Shown here one piece after another: positions 36,601 through 37,913 of a stretch of DNA of 37,913 bases. The position numbers and the translations under genes are program-made. The notes beneath the pieces were generated by a model, which was not told the origin of the DNA, searched no databases, and worked only from the letters and a program-made list of their open reading frames with translations. The first letter of the stretch is position 1; every line of letters begins with the position of its first letter. The DNA is from an uncultured virus (IMG/VR IMGVR_UViG_3300047548_000491). Its lineage: Duplodnaviria; Heunggongvirae; Uroviricota; Caudoviricetes. The DNA lies in the IMG/VR virus record IMGVR_UViG_3300047548_000491, positions 62,001-99,913 of that record, one strand, 5' to 3'.

Positions 36601-36623
36601 AAAAGCCCTTAAAGGGGCTTTTT
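36601..36623 (+). terminator. Rho-independent terminator
   Basis: AAAAGCCCT-TAAA-GGGGCTTTTT stem-loop with T tail. Confidence 0.8.
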
Positions 36624-36650
36624 CATTTATAGCTGTTAAAAGATAAAAAC

Positions 36651-36658
36651 GATAAATA
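36651..36658 (+). promoter_or_regulatory. Putative late promoter GATAAATA
   Basis: Motif after terminator, upstream of GGA and ATG at 36679. Confidence 0.7.
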
Positions 36659-36678
36659 CTCTAATAGCGGAATTTATT

Positions 36679-37913
36679 ATGAAAATAACCTCACTTTTAG
36701 AAGCAATGACGACCCCCGGGAGCGATCCGGCATCTAATCAGAGCCAACAAGCACCTAGGTTTGGTCGTGATCCTCATGTTTTAGAAGATGATGAAAAATT
36801 AGATGAAACTACTACATCAGGGGCGGTAGCATCAGTAGCCCAACCAATGGGAGCTATGCAACGCCGTGGAAAAGGTAGTATATTTTCGGGTGTAAAAACT
36901 AGCAAAAAATTTCCTAATAGCCAAGCTGTAAAAGAAGATGTAAATGAGGCTAAGGTTGAAGAAGTTAATCCTGTTGTAAATGCTATTGCACGCCGAATTC
37001 TTGGCCAACGTATGGATTTATTGAAAAAATATGGACCTAAGTACGTAATGCAAGCAATTGATGATGTGTCTGATTCAGTCGGAGAAGTACAAGAAATAGG
37101 TTCAAGCGATGTGAGTGGTTGGGTAATTCAAGTAGAACGTAACTTGAAAAATAAACTTAATCAGTATGATAAACCAATGAGTGTGATAGATAATATTGAA
37201 GAAGCACAGAAATGTCCGCATTGCAACGGTCCTATGTTCAGCGATTTATTGTTAGCTGAAAAGAAAGATGCTTGCTATCACAAAGTTCGCAGTCGCTACA
37301 AAGTATGGCCAAGTGCTTATGCATCGGGTGCATTAGTTCAGTGCCGTAAAAAAGGTGCTGCTAACTGGGGCAACAAGAGCAAGAACGAAGGTGTGGCGGA
37401 AGGCAAGGAAGACAAGGTTAAGCAACTAAAGCAAGATTATGCTACAGCAGTTCATTGGAGTAAGAATGATACCAATCCGCATAAGCGTGAGGCTGCTCGT
37501 CAAAAGGCTGAAAAGATTAAGCGTCATTTAGAAACACAATACAAACAAGGTGTGGCGGAGGCGGCTGGATTATATGGTCCTTTCACCGTAACCATCAACA
37601 CAGGTGAGCGTCCTAAATCAAGAACAAAAACCAAAAAGTTCCGTCGTGAAGATGATGCTATATTGTGGGCACAAGATTGGTTAGAAGATTTTTCACAATA
37701 CCCATATGCCTCGGCCGAAGTCACAGATCCAGATGGCAATGTTGTTTGGACAACTGATGAAGAAGATAGTCCATGGGCACCTGCAAAACAGCAAGGTGTG
37801 GCGGAAGAAATAATTCATGTAGGTCATCGTAATTCAAAAGGTGATTGGGTTAAGACTAGCACACATAGTAACTATGCTGATGCAGAAGCCGCAATGAAAG
37901 AATTAGAAAGACA
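36679..37913 (+). CDS. Modular polyprotein-like ORF, 3'-truncated (at least 411 codons), absent from the ORF track
   Basis: Manual translation is open from MKITSLLEAM to the window end; modules separated by xxE and (Q/E)GVAE junctions. Confidence 0.9.
   Translation, partial: MKITSLLEAMTTPGSDPASNQSQQAPRFGRDPHVLEDDEKLDETTTSGAVASVAQPMGAMQRRGKGSIFSGVKTSKKFPNSQAVKEDVNEAKVEEVNPVVNAIARRILGQRMDLLKKYGPKYVMQAIDDVSDSVGEVQEIGSSDVSGWVIQVERNLKNKLNQYDKPMSVIDNIEEAQKCPHCNGPMFSDLLLAEKKDACYHKVRSRYKVWPSAYASGALVQCRKKGAANWGNKSKNEGVAEGKEDKVKQLKQDYATAVHWSKNDTNPHKREAARQKAEKIKRHLETQYKQGVAEAAGLYGPFTVTINTGERPKSRTKTKKFRREDDAILWAQDWLEDFSQYPYASAEVTDPDGNVVWTTDEEDSPWAPAKQQGVAEEIIHVGHRNSKGDWVKTSTHSNYADAEAAMKELER
37388..37805 (+). 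repeat. Three identical 13-bp direct repeats AAGGTGTGGCGGA separated by unrelated in-frame spacers
   Basis: Copies at 37388-37400, 37547-37559 and 37793-37805; periods 159 and 246 nt. Confidence 0.95.

Noticed and set aside
36570..36678. tRNA or ncRNA in the larger intergenic gaps (also 8518-8621, 20461-20633)
   Set aside because: No cloverleaf or T-loop motif seen; gaps are explained by terminator plus promoter.
37388..37805. CRISPR array interpretation of the 13-bp repeats
   Set aside because: Repeat too short, spacers 146 and 233 nt and coding in frame, no cas genes in the window.

Overview
AT-rich, gene-dense segment of a large tailed dsDNA phage with a contractile tail (myovirus, T4-like/jumbo-type gene set). 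Almost all genes are on the + strand; only phoH is on the - strand. Left part (1-15.3 kb): virion morphogenesis genes (tail sheath, tail tube, tube-fold baseplate protein, gp4-like head-completion nuclease, large acidic head-protein-like ORF, fibre, GH19 lysin, Ig-domain protein). Middle (15.3-26.8 kb): a stand-alone DnaE fragment, GroES-like co-chaperonin, BI-1/YccA membrane protein, RFC/gp44-like clamp loader, PhoH, 3TM holin, DnaJ and ClpA. Right part (26.8-37.9 kb): two Pol-beta-type nucleotidyltransferases, a KxDG ligase-like protein, an HxGH nucleotidyltransferase and a glycosyltransferase, then a fibre, a LamG protein, and a truncated ORF missing from the ORF track (36679 to window end). 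Main signals: (i) that last ORF is a chain of unrelated small modules joined in frame by an identical 13-bp GC-rich repeat AAGGTGTGGCGGA encoding (Q/E)GVAE, suggesting a shufflable cassette-array polyprotein cut by a prohead protease; (ii) several enzymes carry short N-terminal 'MK...LxE' leaders resembling T4 capsid-targeting sequences, suggesting an injected nucleotidyl-transfer/ligation toolkit; (iii) TAAATA late-type promoters, some inside RBS-sequestering hairpins, and several apparently leaderless transcripts. All functional calls come from motif recognition by eye; no database searches were run.
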